DNA from: Gemmatimonadota bacterium
Lineage (GTDB): Bacteria > Gemmatimonadota > Gemmatimonadetes > Palauibacterales > KS3-K002
Length of the DNA stretch: 64,000 bases
Direction of reading: 5' to 3'
NCBI GenBank assembly: GCA_039586795.1
Contig: JBDHJS010000014.1
Span: 32,001-96,000, forward strand
The notes under the pieces: generated by a model
The model's input: only the letters and a program-made list of their open reading frames with translations
Database searches by the model: none
What the model was told of the DNA's origin: nothing
Shown: positions 50,912 through 61,215 of the stretch, in pieces
Layout: each line of letters opens with the position of its first letter
How positions within the stretch are numbered: position 1 is the stretch's first letter
Position numbers and translations under genes: made by a program

Positions 50912-52262
50912 CGACCAGTTGACCCACGTTGGGGACCTTGTTGAGCGAAAGCGGCGACTTCTTTCCTGCGAGGTCGCTCGACCGAGACAGGTAGGCGGCG
51001 CTGAAGCCCAGGCGTCCCGCCTCGCTCAACCGACGATCCAACTGACTCACCGGCCGCACTTCGCCGCCCAATCCCACCTCACCAACGAACACCGTGTCCC
51101 GATCCAGAACCACGTCTTTGATCGCCGACGCCACCGCCGCCACGACTGCAAGATCGGCAGCCGGCTCACTCAGTTTCAGGCCACCCACCACGTTCAGAAA
51201 CACATCAAGGTCCGACGTCTTCAAACGAGCACGGCGCTCCAGAACCGCGAGCAGCAGAGCTAGCCTGCGGCCGTCGAACCCCGTGGCTACGCGCTGCGGC
51301 GAGCCGTAGACGGAACGATTCACTAACGCTTGAACCTCGACCAGCACCGGCCGGGTTCCTTCCAAAGCCGCCGCCACAGCCGACCCGCTCGCCCGGTCCT
51401 CTCTCCCTAACAGGAACAAGGCAGATGGATTCTCGACCGGCTCCAACCCGGCGGCGCCCATGCGGAACAGCGCAATCTCATCGGCGGCGCCGAACCGGTT
51501 CTTCGTGCCGCGGACGATCCGATGATCGAGACCGGTCGGCGACTCGAAGTAGAGGACGACGTCGACGATGTGCTCTAGCGTTTTCGGACCCGCGATCCCG
51601 CCTTCCTTGGTCACGTGACCGACGACGAACGTCGCCATCTCCCGCCGCTTCGCCACGCGCTGGAGGCCCGCCGCCACCTCGCGCACCTGCGCCACGCTGC
51701 CCGGCGCGCCATCCAGTCGATCCGTGTACAGCGTCTGGATCGAGTCGAGGACGAGTATGTCGGGCGCGATCTCCTCCACCCGATCGACGATCGCCTCCGC
51801 CGACGTCTCCGCCAGCATCAGCACATCCTCCGTAGGCTCGCGTAACCGCTGCGCTCGCAGCTTCACCTGGTAGGCCGACTCTTCACCCGAAACGTACAAC
51901 ACCTTATGGCCGGCCCCCGCCAACTTCGCGGAGACCTGGAGCAGCAGCGTCGATTTGCCGATGCCCGGCGCGCCGCCCAACAGGACCAGCGATCCAGGGA
52001 CCACGCCGCCGCCGAGGACGAAGTCCAACTCATCGATCCCCGTCGCCCAACGCGAGCGTTCGACGCCCTGTACGTCGGCCAGACTAACCGCGCTGGCATC
52101 CGACTTTGGATCGCGGCCAATTCGCTCCTTGCCAGGTGTCGGCCGGATACGCTCTTCCACCAGCGTGTTCCAGGCGTGGCAGTGGGGGCACTGACCTTCC
52201 CAGCGGTGAGTTTCGCCGCCGCATTCTGAGCAGAAGAAGAGGGTTCGGGTTTTGGGGGTCAT
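50895..52262 (-). CDS. radA: DNA repair protein RadA/Sms
   Basis: CSECG..W.G.CP.C, GAPGIGKS, KNRFG, Lon-like C-terminus. Confidence 0.98.
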   Translation of the reverse strand: MTPKTRTLFFCSECGGETHRWEGQCPHCHAWNTLVEERIRPTPGKERIGRDPKSDASAVSLADVQGVERSRWATGIDELDFVLGGGVVPGSLVLLGGAPGIGKSTLLLQVSAKLAGAGHKVLYVSGEESAYQVKLRAQRLREPTEDVLMLAETSAEAIVDRVEEIAPDILVLDSIQTLYTDRLDGAPGSVAQVREVAAGLQRVAKRREMATFVVGHVTKEGGIAGPKTLEHIVDVVLYFESPTGLDHRIVRGTKNRFGAADEIALFRMGAAGLEPVENPSALFLLGREDRASGSAVAAALEGTRPVLVEVQALVNRSVYGSPQRVATGFDGRRLALLLAVLERRARLKTSDLDVFLNVVGGLKLSEPAADLAVVAAVASAIKDVVLDRDTVFVGEVGLGGEVRPVSQLDRRLSEAGRLGFSAAYLSRSSDLAGKKSPLSLNKVPNVGQLVDELFR

Positions 52263-52291
52263 GGTCTAGCTACGCATCTAGAATAGGCAGG

Positions 52292-52430
52292 TGAACATTG
52301 AACATTGGGCACGGTACATGTGAACATTGGACGCGTCGTGCAGCTTGTCGACGTCCAAAGTCGAGATCCAAGCCTACGTGTCTGGCAGTACCCCGATGTT
52401 CAATGTGGAATGGGACACGTTCAATGTTCA
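52292..52430. repeat. inverted array of GAACATT/AATGTTC heptamers overlapping dnaB stop
   Basis: tgaacattgaacatt...tgaacatt facing gatgttcaatgt...acgttcaatgttca. Confidence 0.85.
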
Positions 52431-53840
52431 GTGCTCGGACGACCGGCGCGACACCGATTCAAAGCGCGTGTATTCTTTGCGGAAGAACAGGTTTACCGTC
52501 CCGATCGGCCCATTCCTCTGCTTCCCGATGATCAGTTCCGCCTTCCCCTCCACCGATTCGGCCTCGTCCGGGACATCGTCGCGCGTGTACACCTCGGGCC
52601 GATAGAGGAACAGCACCAGGTCGGCATCCTGCTCGATGGCGCCCGACTCGCGTAGGTCCGACAGCTGCGGTCGATGCTCGGTGCGCTGTTCCGGCGCCCG
52701 GGACAGCTGTGAGAGGGCGATCACCGGAACGTGAAGTTCCTTCGCCACCGCCTTCAGGGCGCCGGAGATGGCGCTGATCTCCTGCACCCGGCTCTCGGCC
52801 CGCGGCGCCCTCATCAGCTGAAGGTAGTCGACGACGATCAACCCAAGATCAACTTCCGCCTTCAAGCGCCGCGCCTTCGCCCGCACTTCCAGCGCCGTGA
52901 TCGCCGGCGTGTCATCGATCCAGATCGGCGCCGTGTTCAGGTGGCCCGCCGCCGTCGCCAGTTGCATGTACTCCTGCTCCGTCAGCTTGCCGCGACGCAG
53001 GTTCTGAGAGTCGACCTGACCCTCCGCGCACAGCAGGCGCTGCACGATCGCTTCCTTCGACATTTCCAACGAGAAGAACGCGACCGGCGTACCCTGCTCG
53101 ATGGCCGTGTGCTGCATGAAGTTGATGACCAGAGACGTCTTCCCCATCGACGGTCGACCGGCGACGACGATGAGATCGGCCGGCTGGAACCCGGCGGTCA
53201 TGTGATCGAGATCAGGGTAGCCGCTCGGCACGCCGACGATGCCACCGCCCGCCTGCTGCAACTGCTCGATGTGCTCGAACGCCGGCCACAAGATCTCTTT
53301 GATCCAGATGAAGCCCTTGCGCTGACCCTCGTGGGAGATCTGGAAGATGCGTTGCTCGGCACGGTCGATCGTGTCGTCCACCGCTTCGCCGCCCGACGCG
53401 TACGCTTCCTGGATCGTCTCGGTGGAGGCCTCGATCAGTCTCCGCAGCAGCGCCTTGTCACGGATGATCTTGGCGTGGTACTCGATGTTCGCGGCCGTCG
53501 CCACCGCCGCCATCAGCTCCGCCAGGTAGGCCGGGCCACCTACCTGATCCAGCTCGTTGCTGCCCCGCAGCTCCTCCGTCAGCGTCACCGGGTCGATCGC
53601 TTCGCCCCGCTCGAACAGCCGTCGCATCGCTCGGTAGAGACGGCGATTCGCCTCGCGGTAGAACATGCCGTCGTCCACCAGCTCCACCGCCTTGGCGACG
53701 GCGTCGGCGTCGATCAGCATGCCACCCAGCACCGAAATCTCGGCCTCCGGCGACCACGGCGCCTGCCGGTCGCCGAACGTGTCCGGGGAGCTTACGCCAC
53801 CCGCCACTGCCTGCTGGTTAGGCGGCATCCAGTCAGCCAC
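52428..53840 (-). CDS. dnaB: replicative DNA helicase
   Basis: GRPSMGKT, FSLEM, DYLQL, LSQLSR, LRESGAIEQDAD, KQRNG; no intein. Confidence 0.98.
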   Translation of the reverse strand: MADWMPPNQQAVAGGVSSPDTFGDRQAPWSPEAEISVLGGMLIDADAVAKAVELVDDGMFYREANRRLYRAMRRLFERGEAIDPVTLTEELRGSNELDQVGGPAYLAELMAAVATAANIEYHAKIIRDKALLRRLIEASTETIQEAYASGGEAVDDTIDRAEQRIFQISHEGQRKGFIWIKEILWPAFEHIEQLQQAGGGIVGVPSGYPDLDHMTAGFQPADLIVVAGRPSMGKTSLVINFMQHTAIEQGTPVAFFSLEMSKEAIVQRLLCAEGQVDSQNLRRGKLTEQEYMQLATAAGHLNTAPIWIDDTPAITALEVRAKARRLKAEVDLGLIVVDYLQLMRAPRAESRVQEISAISGALKAVAKELHVPVIALSQLSRAPEQRTEHRPQLSDLRESGAIEQDADLVLFLYRPEVYTRDDVPDEAESVEGKAELIIGKQRNGPIGTVNLFFRKEYTRFESVSRRSSEH

Positions 53841-54630
53841 GCTCGCCTCCCGGCGGCCGTCCGCCGGCCTCGTCGTAGATACGACGGAGCATCTGAAGGT
53901 CCTCCCAAGCGGGCCGCTTCCACTCCGCGTTTCTCAGAAGTGCCGCGGGATGGTAAGTCACGACCACTGGTATCCCCATGAAGTCGTGCTGATCACCGCG
54001 CAGTCGTCCCAACGACCGGTCGGTGGCCAGCAGCGTCTGCGCCGCGAATCGACCGAACGCGCAAACCGCCTTCGGCCGGATGATCTCCACTTGTCTACGA
54101 AGATAAGGCCTACAGGCCGCAACTTCATCTGCTACCGGATCGCGGTTCTTCGGCGGCCGACATTTCAGGACGTTGCAGATGAATACCTCGCCACGAGTGA
54201 AGCCGATCGCAGCCAACATCTTGTCGAGCAGCTTACCCGCCGGACCGACGAACGGGCGACCCGACCGGTCCTCTTCAAAACCCGGCGCTTCGCCAACGAC
54301 CAGCAGATCGGCCGCCCGATCGCCCTCGCCGAACACGACCGTCGTTCGACCTTCCGACAATCGGCACCGTGTACAGGCCAGAACCTCGGTCTTCAGGGCA
54401 TCGAAATCATCGCCGCCGGCCGCCTGCGCGGCCGCCGCGGGCGGAACATCCGTCATCTCCCGGGCTTTTGCCGCCGGGCGTACCGCGGGCGCGGCGTACG
54501 CCGTCGCCCGCGCCTGCTGAATCAGGTCAGCGGCGCTGATCCCCTCCAGGAACCACTCGCTCAGACCCAGCTCCTTTCGCTGGCTGAGGTAGCGGACCAG
54601 CAGGTCTCTCGGATTCTGTGATTCAGTCAC
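53833..54630 (-). CDS. uracil-DNA glycosylase family 4
   Basis: CTRC, GEAPG..ED..G.PFVG.AG, NVLKCRPP.NR, YHPAALL. Confidence 0.95.
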   Translation of the reverse strand: MTESQNPRDLLVRYLSQRKELGLSEWFLEGISAADLIQQARATAYAAPAVRPAAKAREMTDVPPAAAAQAAGGDDFDALKTEVLACTRCRLSEGRTTVVFGEGDRAADLLVVGEAPGFEEDRSGRPFVGPAGKLLDKMLAAIGFTRGEVFICNVLKCRPPKNRDPVADEVAACRPYLRRQVEIIRPKAVCAFGRFAAQTLLATDRSLGRLRGDQHDFMGIPVVVTYHPAALLRNAEWKRPAWEDLQMLRRIYDEAGGRPPGGERG

Positions 54631-55825
54631 TCGATAGGAGTCGCTCGGCCCGATCGAGGATCTCGTCGGCCACTTCCGTTTTGAGCATCAGTGGCAGCTC
54701 CTCCGCCACTCCGGAAGCATCTATGATGGTCACGCGATTCGTGTCTACATCGAAGCCCGCGCCCGGCTCGGTTGGATCGTTGAGCACGATGATATCCGCG
54801 CCCTTCTTTTCGAGCTTGGCTCTGGCGGACTCCACCGCACCTTCGCCCGACTCTACCGCGAACGCCACCTTCACGCAGTTCGTGGGCGCTTTGACGCTGG
54901 CCGCCGCCAACACGTCGGCCGTCGACTCCACCGGGATGGCATCGAGCCCGCTGGACCGTCGGATCTTCTCGTCCTTTGGATCGGTGGGTCGGAAGTCGCT
55001 CACCGCGGCGACCATCATAATAGCTGAAGCGCCGTCGATCGACCCGTCCACCGCGGCTCGCATCTCTTCCGCCGTCTCTACCAGGTGCACGTTGTCCAGC
55101 TCCGCCGGCGTCGGCGTTCCGGCTGGCCCGTTGATCAACACGACGTCCGCCCCCCTACGCCACGCCGCCGCCGCCAGCGCATGGCCCATGCGGCCGGATG
55201 ACCGGTTACCGATGAAGCGAACCGTGTCCACCGGCTCCCACGTCGGGCCCGCCGTGACCACGACCTTTTTGTCGCGCCAGGCGCTCTCCGGCTCCAGCAT
55301 GCGACCGATTTGCGCGAATATGACTTCCGGCTCGACCATCCGCCCCCAGCCCTCTTCGCCTTCCGCCAGGTCGCCGTAGGCTGGGCCCACGAGGGTGTGA
55401 CCGTGCTCGCGTAGCGTCTCCAGGTTACGCTGCGTCGCCGGATGTTCATACATCCGCGTGTTCATCGAAGGCGCCAGCAACGCGCGATGCGGTGCGGCCA
55501 GCAGCGTGGTGGAGAGCAACCCGTCCGCCAGACCGTTGGCGAACTTCGCCAGCAAGTTGGCCGTCGCCGGCGCCACCACGATGGCGTCCGCCCAGCGACC
55601 CAACTCGATGTGGTCCAGCGCGTTCTCCCACAACGACTGACGTACCTTACGACCCGTCAGCGCCTCGAACGTCGCCGCCCCGACGAAATGCGATCCACTT
55701 TCTGTTAGGATGACTTGGACTTCTGCACCTGCCTGACTCAGCCGGCGCGCCAGTTCCACCGTCTTGTAGGCGGCGATCCCACCGGCCACGCCGACCAGCA
55801 CCCGCTTACCGTCGAACGGGCGCAT
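54623..55825 (-). CDS. coaBC: bifunctional phosphopantothenoylcysteine decarboxylase/synthetase
   Basis: GGIAAYK, HIEL, APATAN, TAGPT.E.VD.VRFI.NRSSG.MG, AAVSD. Confidence 0.96.
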   Translation of the reverse strand: MRPFDGKRVLVGVAGGIAAYKTVELARRLSQAGAEVQVILTESGSHFVGAATFEALTGRKVRQSLWENALDHIELGRWADAIVVAPATANLLAKFANGLADGLLSTTLLAAPHRALLAPSMNTRMYEHPATQRNLETLREHGHTLVGPAYGDLAEGEEGWGRMVEPEVIFAQIGRMLEPESAWRDKKVVVTAGPTWEPVDTVRFIGNRSSGRMGHALAAAAWRRGADVVLINGPAGTPTPAELDNVHLVETAEEMRAAVDGSIDGASAIMMVAAVSDFRPTDPKDEKIRRSSGLDAIPVESTADVLAAASVKAPTNCVKVAFAVESGEGAVESARAKLEKKGADIIVLNDPTEPGAGFDVDTNRVTIIDASGVAEELPLMLKTEVADEILDRAERLLSSD

Positions 55826-55834
55826 GGCAGGTTC

Positions 55835-56050
55835 CTACGACGCCTGGCGGCGCCGCTTCACCAAGCGAAACTCGATCTGTCCGGAAGTCAGTTCCCGCAG
55901 CGCCTGCGTCGTTAGCTTCTCCGGACCGTAGGGAGAGTTGCCAAGCGGAAGGGCATTGATCTCACGAGCGTATCGCGCGGCAACCAGTACGCCCAGGTAC
56001 TTGTTACCACCCGCGCTCTCAGCGACATCAAAAGGAGTGAATACCTTCAT
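55835..56050 (-). CDS. rpoZ: RNA polymerase omega subunit
   Basis: NKYLGVLVAA..AR, K.TT.AL.E; gmk-rpoZ-coaBC synteny. Confidence 0.85.
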   Translation of the reverse strand: MKVFTPFDVAESAGGNKYLGVLVAARYAREINALPLGNSPYGPEKLTTQALRELTSGQIEFRLVKRRRQAS

Positions 56051-56134
56051 ATAAACTAGACCAGGTTATCAGGATTTCCTCGATCAGCGAGCCGTGTAAG
56101 TTATCCGACCGCCGCCTCCGGTGGAAGGGCCGCC

Positions 56135-56767
56135 TCAGCCACCCTGCCCCGCCAGCCCGTTCTCCAAGTCCCGCCGCAGTTCCTCGATCTCCGCCTGGCG
56201 CCGGCTCTGGCGCTGGCGCTCTCCATCGATGATCGCCCGCACCCGGGATACCGTCCCATCCAGTCGGTCGTTCACTACGACGTATTCGAACGAGGAAAGC
56301 GCCTTCAGCTCGCTTTTCGCCGTCTCCATCCGACGCTGCAGCCGTTCGGTGTTCTCGCTTCCCCGACCTTTCACTCGCTCCAGTAAGACGTCGAACGATG
56401 GCGGCAGCAAGAAGATCGTCACCGTGTCGGGTCGCGCCTTCACCACCTGGCGCGCGCCCTGCACATCGATGTCGAGTAGCAGCAATTTTCCTTCCCGCTC
56501 CGCCGCCCCCAGGTTCGCCCGGGGAGTTCCGTAGAAGTCGCCGTGTACCTCCGCCCACTCCAGCAGCTCGCCGCGAGCGATCATGCCGCGGAACTCATCC
56601 TCGGTAACGAAGTGGTAGTCGACCCCGTCCCGCTCGCCGGACCGCGGCGCCCGCGTCGTCGCCGAGACCGAGAACAGCAGATCGTCGGCCGCCGACAAAA
56701 GCTCATGACAAACAGTCGTCTTACCGCCTCCCGACGGTGCGCAAATCGCTATCGCGAACGCGGTCAT
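56135..56767 (-). CDS. gmk: guanylate kinase
   Basis: APSGGGKTT, SVSATTR.PR.GE.DGVDY, YGT, DVQGA; start ATG 56767. Confidence 0.97.
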   Translation of the reverse strand: MTAFAIAICAPSGGGKTTVCHELLSAADDLLFSVSATTRAPRSGERDGVDYHFVTEDEFRGMIARGELLEWAEVHGDFYGTPRANLGAAEREGKLLLLDIDVQGARQVVKARPDTVTIFLLPPSFDVLLERVKGRGSENTERLQRRMETAKSELKALSSFEYVVVNDRLDGTVSRVRAIIDGERQRQSRRQAEIEELRRDLENGLAGQGG

Positions 56768-57645
56768 TCCACGTTCTCCACCTGCTCGCGCAGCTTTTCG
56801 ATCGCCGCCTTGATCTCCACCGATTGGCGAGCGATCTCCGCATCGTTCGCCTTCGAGCCGATCGTGTTCGCCTCGCGGTGCATCTCCTGTACCCAGAAAC
56901 CCATGCGCTTGCCAGCCGGCTCCGCGCCGTCCGCTTCCAGCAACGAGCGAAACTCGGCGATGTGCGAGCGAAGCCTGACGAGCTCTTCGTTGATGTCCCA
57001 ACGCTCGGCAAGGAACGCGATCTCTCGAGCCAGGCGTTCCTCGTCCACCTGCACATCCTCGGACAGCTCCGCCACGGCTTCCCGCATCCGGTTGCGCTCC
57101 TCGATCAAGCGCTCGGGGGCTCGCGCCTCGATCACCTCGAGCGCCGCCTCCATATTGGTCAGCGACGCGGTCAGGTCTTTGGCCAGCGCCGCGCCCTCGC
57201 GTTCACGCATCTCCACCACCATCGCCGTGGCCTGCCGGGTCGCCTCCGCCAGGTCCTCGAAGCCGAGCTCCTCCATATCGTCCGTCGGCGCCTGGAAGAT
57301 GTCACCGAACCGCGCCAGCAATGGAACGTTCACCTCGCCGCCCAGTCCGTGCCGCTGCTTGATCTCCTCCAGCGCCTTCACGTAGGCCACCACCCGACCA
57401 TGATCCACCTCGACCGGGCGAACCGCCTCCGGACCTTCCTGCAGCGCGATGCGATAGTGAACGTGACCCCGCGCCATCCCTTCGCGGAGGATCGCCGTCA
57501 GCTCCGCCTCCCAGCGCTCGGCGTTCGGCGGCAGCCGGAAATGCGTGTGGAAGTGACGGTGGTTCACCGTGCGAACCTGAACCGTCAACACCCCATTCAC
57601 CGTTTCCCGCTGCACCTCCCCAAACCCCGTCATACTCCTAATCAT
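56764..57645 (-). CDS. yicC: YicC/YloC family endoribonuclease
   Basis: MIRSMTGFG, VNHR, EE..RL.SH, QEM.REANTIGSK, REQVENVE. Confidence 0.96.
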   Translation of the reverse strand: MIRSMTGFGEVQRETVNGVLTVQVRTVNHRHFHTHFRLPPNAERWEAELTAILREGMARGHVHYRIALQEGPEAVRPVEVDHGRVVAYVKALEEIKQRHGLGGEVNVPLLARFGDIFQAPTDDMEELGFEDLAEATRQATAMVVEMREREGAALAKDLTASLTNMEAALEVIEARAPERLIEERNRMREAVAELSEDVQVDEERLAREIAFLAERWDINEELVRLRSHIAEFRSLLEADGAEPAGKRMGFWVQEMHREANTIGSKANDAEIARQSVEIKAAIEKLREQVENVE

Positions 57646-57721
57646 AGCGCCCTACCCTCTTCCCTCACGTCGATGTCTGATAATCGTGCAGAATTGATAT
57701 GGATCGCCTCGACCCTCTAAA

Positions 57722-59581
57722 CTAATTCCAGAACTCCCACTTCACCCCGAAATGGTACCTATTCTTCGGCAACGGAACCAGCAGCAAGTCTCGCGGTTCG
57801 CCTCCCACGCTCTCGAAGTACTCGTAGTTGTAGTAGATGTATAGATCCATGATCCGAATCACCGCTTCGCCGCGGAAGAAATTGAAGTTGTCCGTCGTCC
57901 GCGCCCCGCCCGGCCCCAGGCTCGGGTCGGAGACGAACATGGGGCCACGGACTCCCCCTATCGCCTTCAGCCATACCTGGAGTTGATCCGCCAACGCCAA
58001 CAAGCGGTACTCCCCCTCGGCTCGCCACTCCCACTTCGGCCAGTAGAGAAAGAACCCGTCCTCGCGCTGCCGGTATCGGCCGCCCACCTCCAGCGTGCCC
58101 GTGAAGATCCGGCCGATCGGGCCCGCGGCCCAACCCTCCACGACTCCGACCCTGCCGCCGGGCACCAGCGCCAAGCTGTCCACGGGTGGACCGAGCGCCA
58201 ACGACGGCTCGACACGCCACTTCCCCGCACGACCGCCCAGCCGGTACTTCCCGAAGAACGCGATCTCCCCGCCCACCGTCCAGCGACCGTACTCGTAGCG
58301 CTTCCTTGGCACTTCGGCATAGATCCCGCGATCGCCCTCCTCGATCTCGGCCAGCACGCGGGTGTTCAAAGGCAGGTCGAGATTGAGCGACGCGTAGCCG
58401 CCCGCCACCTGGAAATCTCCCCAATCGGCGTATTGCCCGGTCGCGAAGATCGACGCCGGGCCCAGTGCTAGCTCGAGCGATGCTTCCGGGGTGAATCGAG
58501 GAACCGTCTCGCCGTTCCAGGCGCGCAGAGCGACATAGGCGGACCACAAGTCCCCGTTTCGCGCCGCGCGTACGGCGACCTGTCGTGCATCGGTGGTGGG
58601 CAGTACCTGGGTCTCCTGCACCATGGGAAAGAGATATCCACTCAACCACAAGATCCCGCTGGCCGTCCGCAACGTTTCAGGCTCGAGCGGTTCACGCTCG
58701 ACCTTTCCCTGACCTGCGACGACGTCGGCATACCAGCCTTTAGAGAAGGCCCGGCGCAATCTGAGAATCCAGTCGGTCCGACTGATGTTGTCGAACGCAT
58801 CCCGGCCAACCCTCGTGCCCCGGTACTCCACCTCGCCCCAGATTCCCATCGGAAGTGGCACCGCGAAATCGAACCAGACGAACGTGCGATCTGCCGGCCC
58901 AACGACACCGTTCGTGCTGACACGGTCCACTCCAAACCCGAACGGCGCCCCGAACAATCGAGACGAAAAGAATCCCCTCAGCAGCGCCGTGTTTCGATCG
59001 CCCGTACCCGCCTCGACGCGAGAGTAGGGTTCCCGTCGGTCGCGACGATACGCGTGCCCAATGGCGTGGTAGCCGCCCGGCATGCGAACCATCCGCGCCT
59101 CCTGCAACTCGACCAGCGGTATCAGATGCAGATCGACACCGCCGCCCAACAGCGGCGCGATCTCGTAGCCATCGATGTCGTAGCGAAAACTGCCGGGTCC
59201 GCTTCCGGCGAACACCGACATCTGAGGGCCATCGAAAAACCCGGCCCGCACAGGGTCGAGGAGCGGTGTGAACTCGATGAGGTCGGCGAACGACAGGGCG
59301 CCCGTGGAGAGCAGATCACGCATCTTCCAATCCGCCGCGATGCCCGGACGACGCGTCGCCGGGTCGGGAAACCACGGGAACCGGGGCACGATGGTATCAG
59401 CGGGAGCCACTGAGTCTTGGAGCGCCAGCGAGTCCGGCGCTTGAAGCGAGTCCGGTACCTGGTCCGGAGCACGTTCCGCCGCGGGCAACGTGTCCGGCTC
59501 CTGAGCCAGCAGGGCGTCACCATAACGGGACGCCGCCGACAGCAGAACTAGAAGAACGAGCGCGCGTCTGAACGATTGCAC
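57722..59581 (-). CDS. putative outer-membrane protein (TonB-plug-like N-terminus plus beta-barrel)
   Basis: Signal peptide, PDS repeats, plug-like IDG.E...DL..IP segment, terminal FGVKWEFWN. Confidence 0.75.
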   Translation of the reverse strand: MQSFRRALVLLVLLSAASRYGDALLAQEPDTLPAAERAPDQVPDSLQAPDSLALQDSVAPADTIVPRFPWFPDPATRRPGIAADWKMRDLLSTGALSFADLIEFTPLLDPVRAGFFDGPQMSVFAGSGPGSFRYDIDGYEIAPLLGGGVDLHLIPLVELQEARMVRMPGGYHAIGHAYRRDRREPYSRVEAGTGDRNTALLRGFFSSRLFGAPFGFGVDRVSTNGVVGPADRTFVWFDFAVPLPMGIWGEVEYRGTRVGRDAFDNISRTDWILRLRRAFSKGWYADVVAGQGKVEREPLEPETLRTASGILWLSGYLFPMVQETQVLPTTDARQVAVRAARNGDLWSAYVALRAWNGETVPRFTPEASLELALGPASIFATGQYADWGDFQVAGGYASLNLDLPLNTRVLAEIEEGDRGIYAEVPRKRYEYGRWTVGGEIAFFGKYRLGGRAGKWRVEPSLALGPPVDSLALVPGGRVGVVEGWAAGPIGRIFTGTLEVGGRYRQREDGFFLYWPKWEWRAEGEYRLLALADQLQVWLKAIGGVRGPMFVSDPSLGPGGARTTDNFNFFRGEAVIRIMDLYIYYNYEYFESVGGEPRDLLLVPLPKNRYHFGVKWEFWN

Positions 59582-59594
59582 GAGGCGACCCGCC

Positions 59595-61115
59595 TCACCT
59601 TGCCCGACCCCTCACCCACTCGGTGAACAGTCGGACCCCAACCCCCGTCGGCCCCACCGTCTGGTAGGGCCCTGCCTTTTCCGCCCACGCCGTCCCGGCG
59701 ATGTCGAGGTGCGCCCACGGTGACGGTCCCGCGAATTCCCGCAGGAACATCGCCGCCGTGATCGTTCCCGCCGCCCGACCTCCGGTGTTCTTGATGTCGG
59801 CGATCTCCGACTCGAGCTGTTTCCGATAAACCTCCCAGAGCGGAAGCTGCCAAACTCGCTCGCCCGAGCGACTTCCCGCGCCGCGAATCTCATCCACCAG
59901 ATCCTGGTCGTTCCCCATCAAGCCGATCGCCTCGTGGCCCAACGCCACGACGCAGGCACCGGTCAGGGTCGCGATATCGATCACGGCCTCCGGCTCGTAG
60001 CGCGCCGCGTAGTTCAGCGCGTCCGCCAGGATCAGCCGGCCTTCGGCGTCCGTGTTCAGCACTTCGATCGTCTTTCGCGAGCGGGACCCAATCACGTCCC
60101 CCGGTCGCACCGCGTGCCCCGACGGCATGTTCTCCACCGCCGGGATCAGCCCGACCACGTTCGCTCCCAGCCCCAGCTTGGCGATCGCCCGCATCGCCCC
60201 CAGAACGGCCGCCGCGCCCGACATGTCGTACTTCATCGACTCCATTCCCGTCGGAGTCTTCAGCGACAGACCGCCGGAATCGAACGTCACGCCCTTGCCC
60301 ACGAGCACCAGCGGCTGGCCGTTCTCGAGCGGCGTGTACTCCATAGCGATGAAGCGGGGCTCTTCATCGCTGCCCGCCGAGACGGCCAGCAGCGCTCCCA
60401 TCCCGTCCTTCTTGATCGCCGCCCGATCCAGGATCGTCACCTTGATCCCGAGCTCCTCGCCCAGCTTTCGGGCCTCGTCGGCCAGGTAACGAGGGTTCAC
60501 GATGTTCGCCGGCCGCGCCGCCAGCGCCCTGGTGTAGTTCTGCGCGTCCGCCACCACCTGCCCAATCTCGGCGCCTCGCTCCGCCGCCTCTCTCGACTTC
60601 GCGGTAGGAATCAGCACGCTCAACTGGTGCAGCGGTTGCCGCGGAGGCTCCTTACCGGGCTCGCTTCTCAGCTCGTCGAATCGCCAGTAGCCCAGCACCA
60701 CGCCCTCCACCAGCGCCCGGGCCGCCTCCTCGGTGCCCATCGCGCGTCCAAGCCAGCCCGGCGAGACCGATACGGCAAACTCGGTGATCCCCAACTCGGC
60801 CGCTCGGTTGGCCGCCCGACCGCCCACCTCGCGCAGCCGTTCCTCGTTCAGATCCGCGCGCTCGCCGATGCCGATCAGCAGCACCCGATCGGGCCCGATC
60901 TCGCCCTGACGATAGAGCAACAACATTTGGCCGCGACTGGCCTTGAAGTCACCGCTCGTCACGGCGCGGGTGAGAGTGAGTCCCAGCGACTCGTCCAGCG
61001 GATCGAAGTTCGCGGTGAGCGGCTCCGCCTGATTCTCCGAGTCCTGGCACCAGGGCAGTACCAGCAGTGGCGTCTCGGTTGCGGCGAGAGTACCGACTCC
61101 GATGTCCAGCTTCAT
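59595..61115 (-). CDS. pepA: leucyl aminopeptidase (M17)
   Basis: GKGVTFDSGG..K...MKYDM, NTDAEGRL, ATLTGA, HLDIAG. Confidence 0.97.
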   Translation of the reverse strand: MKLDIGVGTLAATETPLLVLPWCQDSENQAEPLTANFDPLDESLGLTLTRAVTSGDFKASRGQMLLLYRQGEIGPDRVLLIGIGERADLNEERLREVGGRAANRAAELGITEFAVSVSPGWLGRAMGTEEAARALVEGVVLGYWRFDELRSEPGKEPPRQPLHQLSVLIPTAKSREAAERGAEIGQVVADAQNYTRALAARPANIVNPRYLADEARKLGEELGIKVTILDRAAIKKDGMGALLAVSAGSDEEPRFIAMEYTPLENGQPLVLVGKGVTFDSGGLSLKTPTGMESMKYDMSGAAAVLGAMRAIAKLGLGANVVGLIPAVENMPSGHAVRPGDVIGSRSRKTIEVLNTDAEGRLILADALNYAARYEPEAVIDIATLTGACVVALGHEAIGLMGNDQDLVDEIRGAGSRSGERVWQLPLWEVYRKQLESEIADIKNTGGRAAGTITAAMFLREFAGPSPWAHLDIAGTAWAEKAGPYQTVGPTGVGVRLFTEWVRGRAR

Positions 61116-61215
61116 GTGACCGTCCTATCCCTCCAAGAAGACATGCTCGAGTCCGGCCCGTCGCATTCGCGGACCGTGATCACGTGTATAAGGGCGTCGC
61201 AACGGATGTTTTTAC

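Noticed and set aside
52292..52330. LexA box (GAAC-N7-GAAC) upstream of radA
   Set aside because: GAAC spacing is N3 (7-nt period), which the heptamer array already explains.
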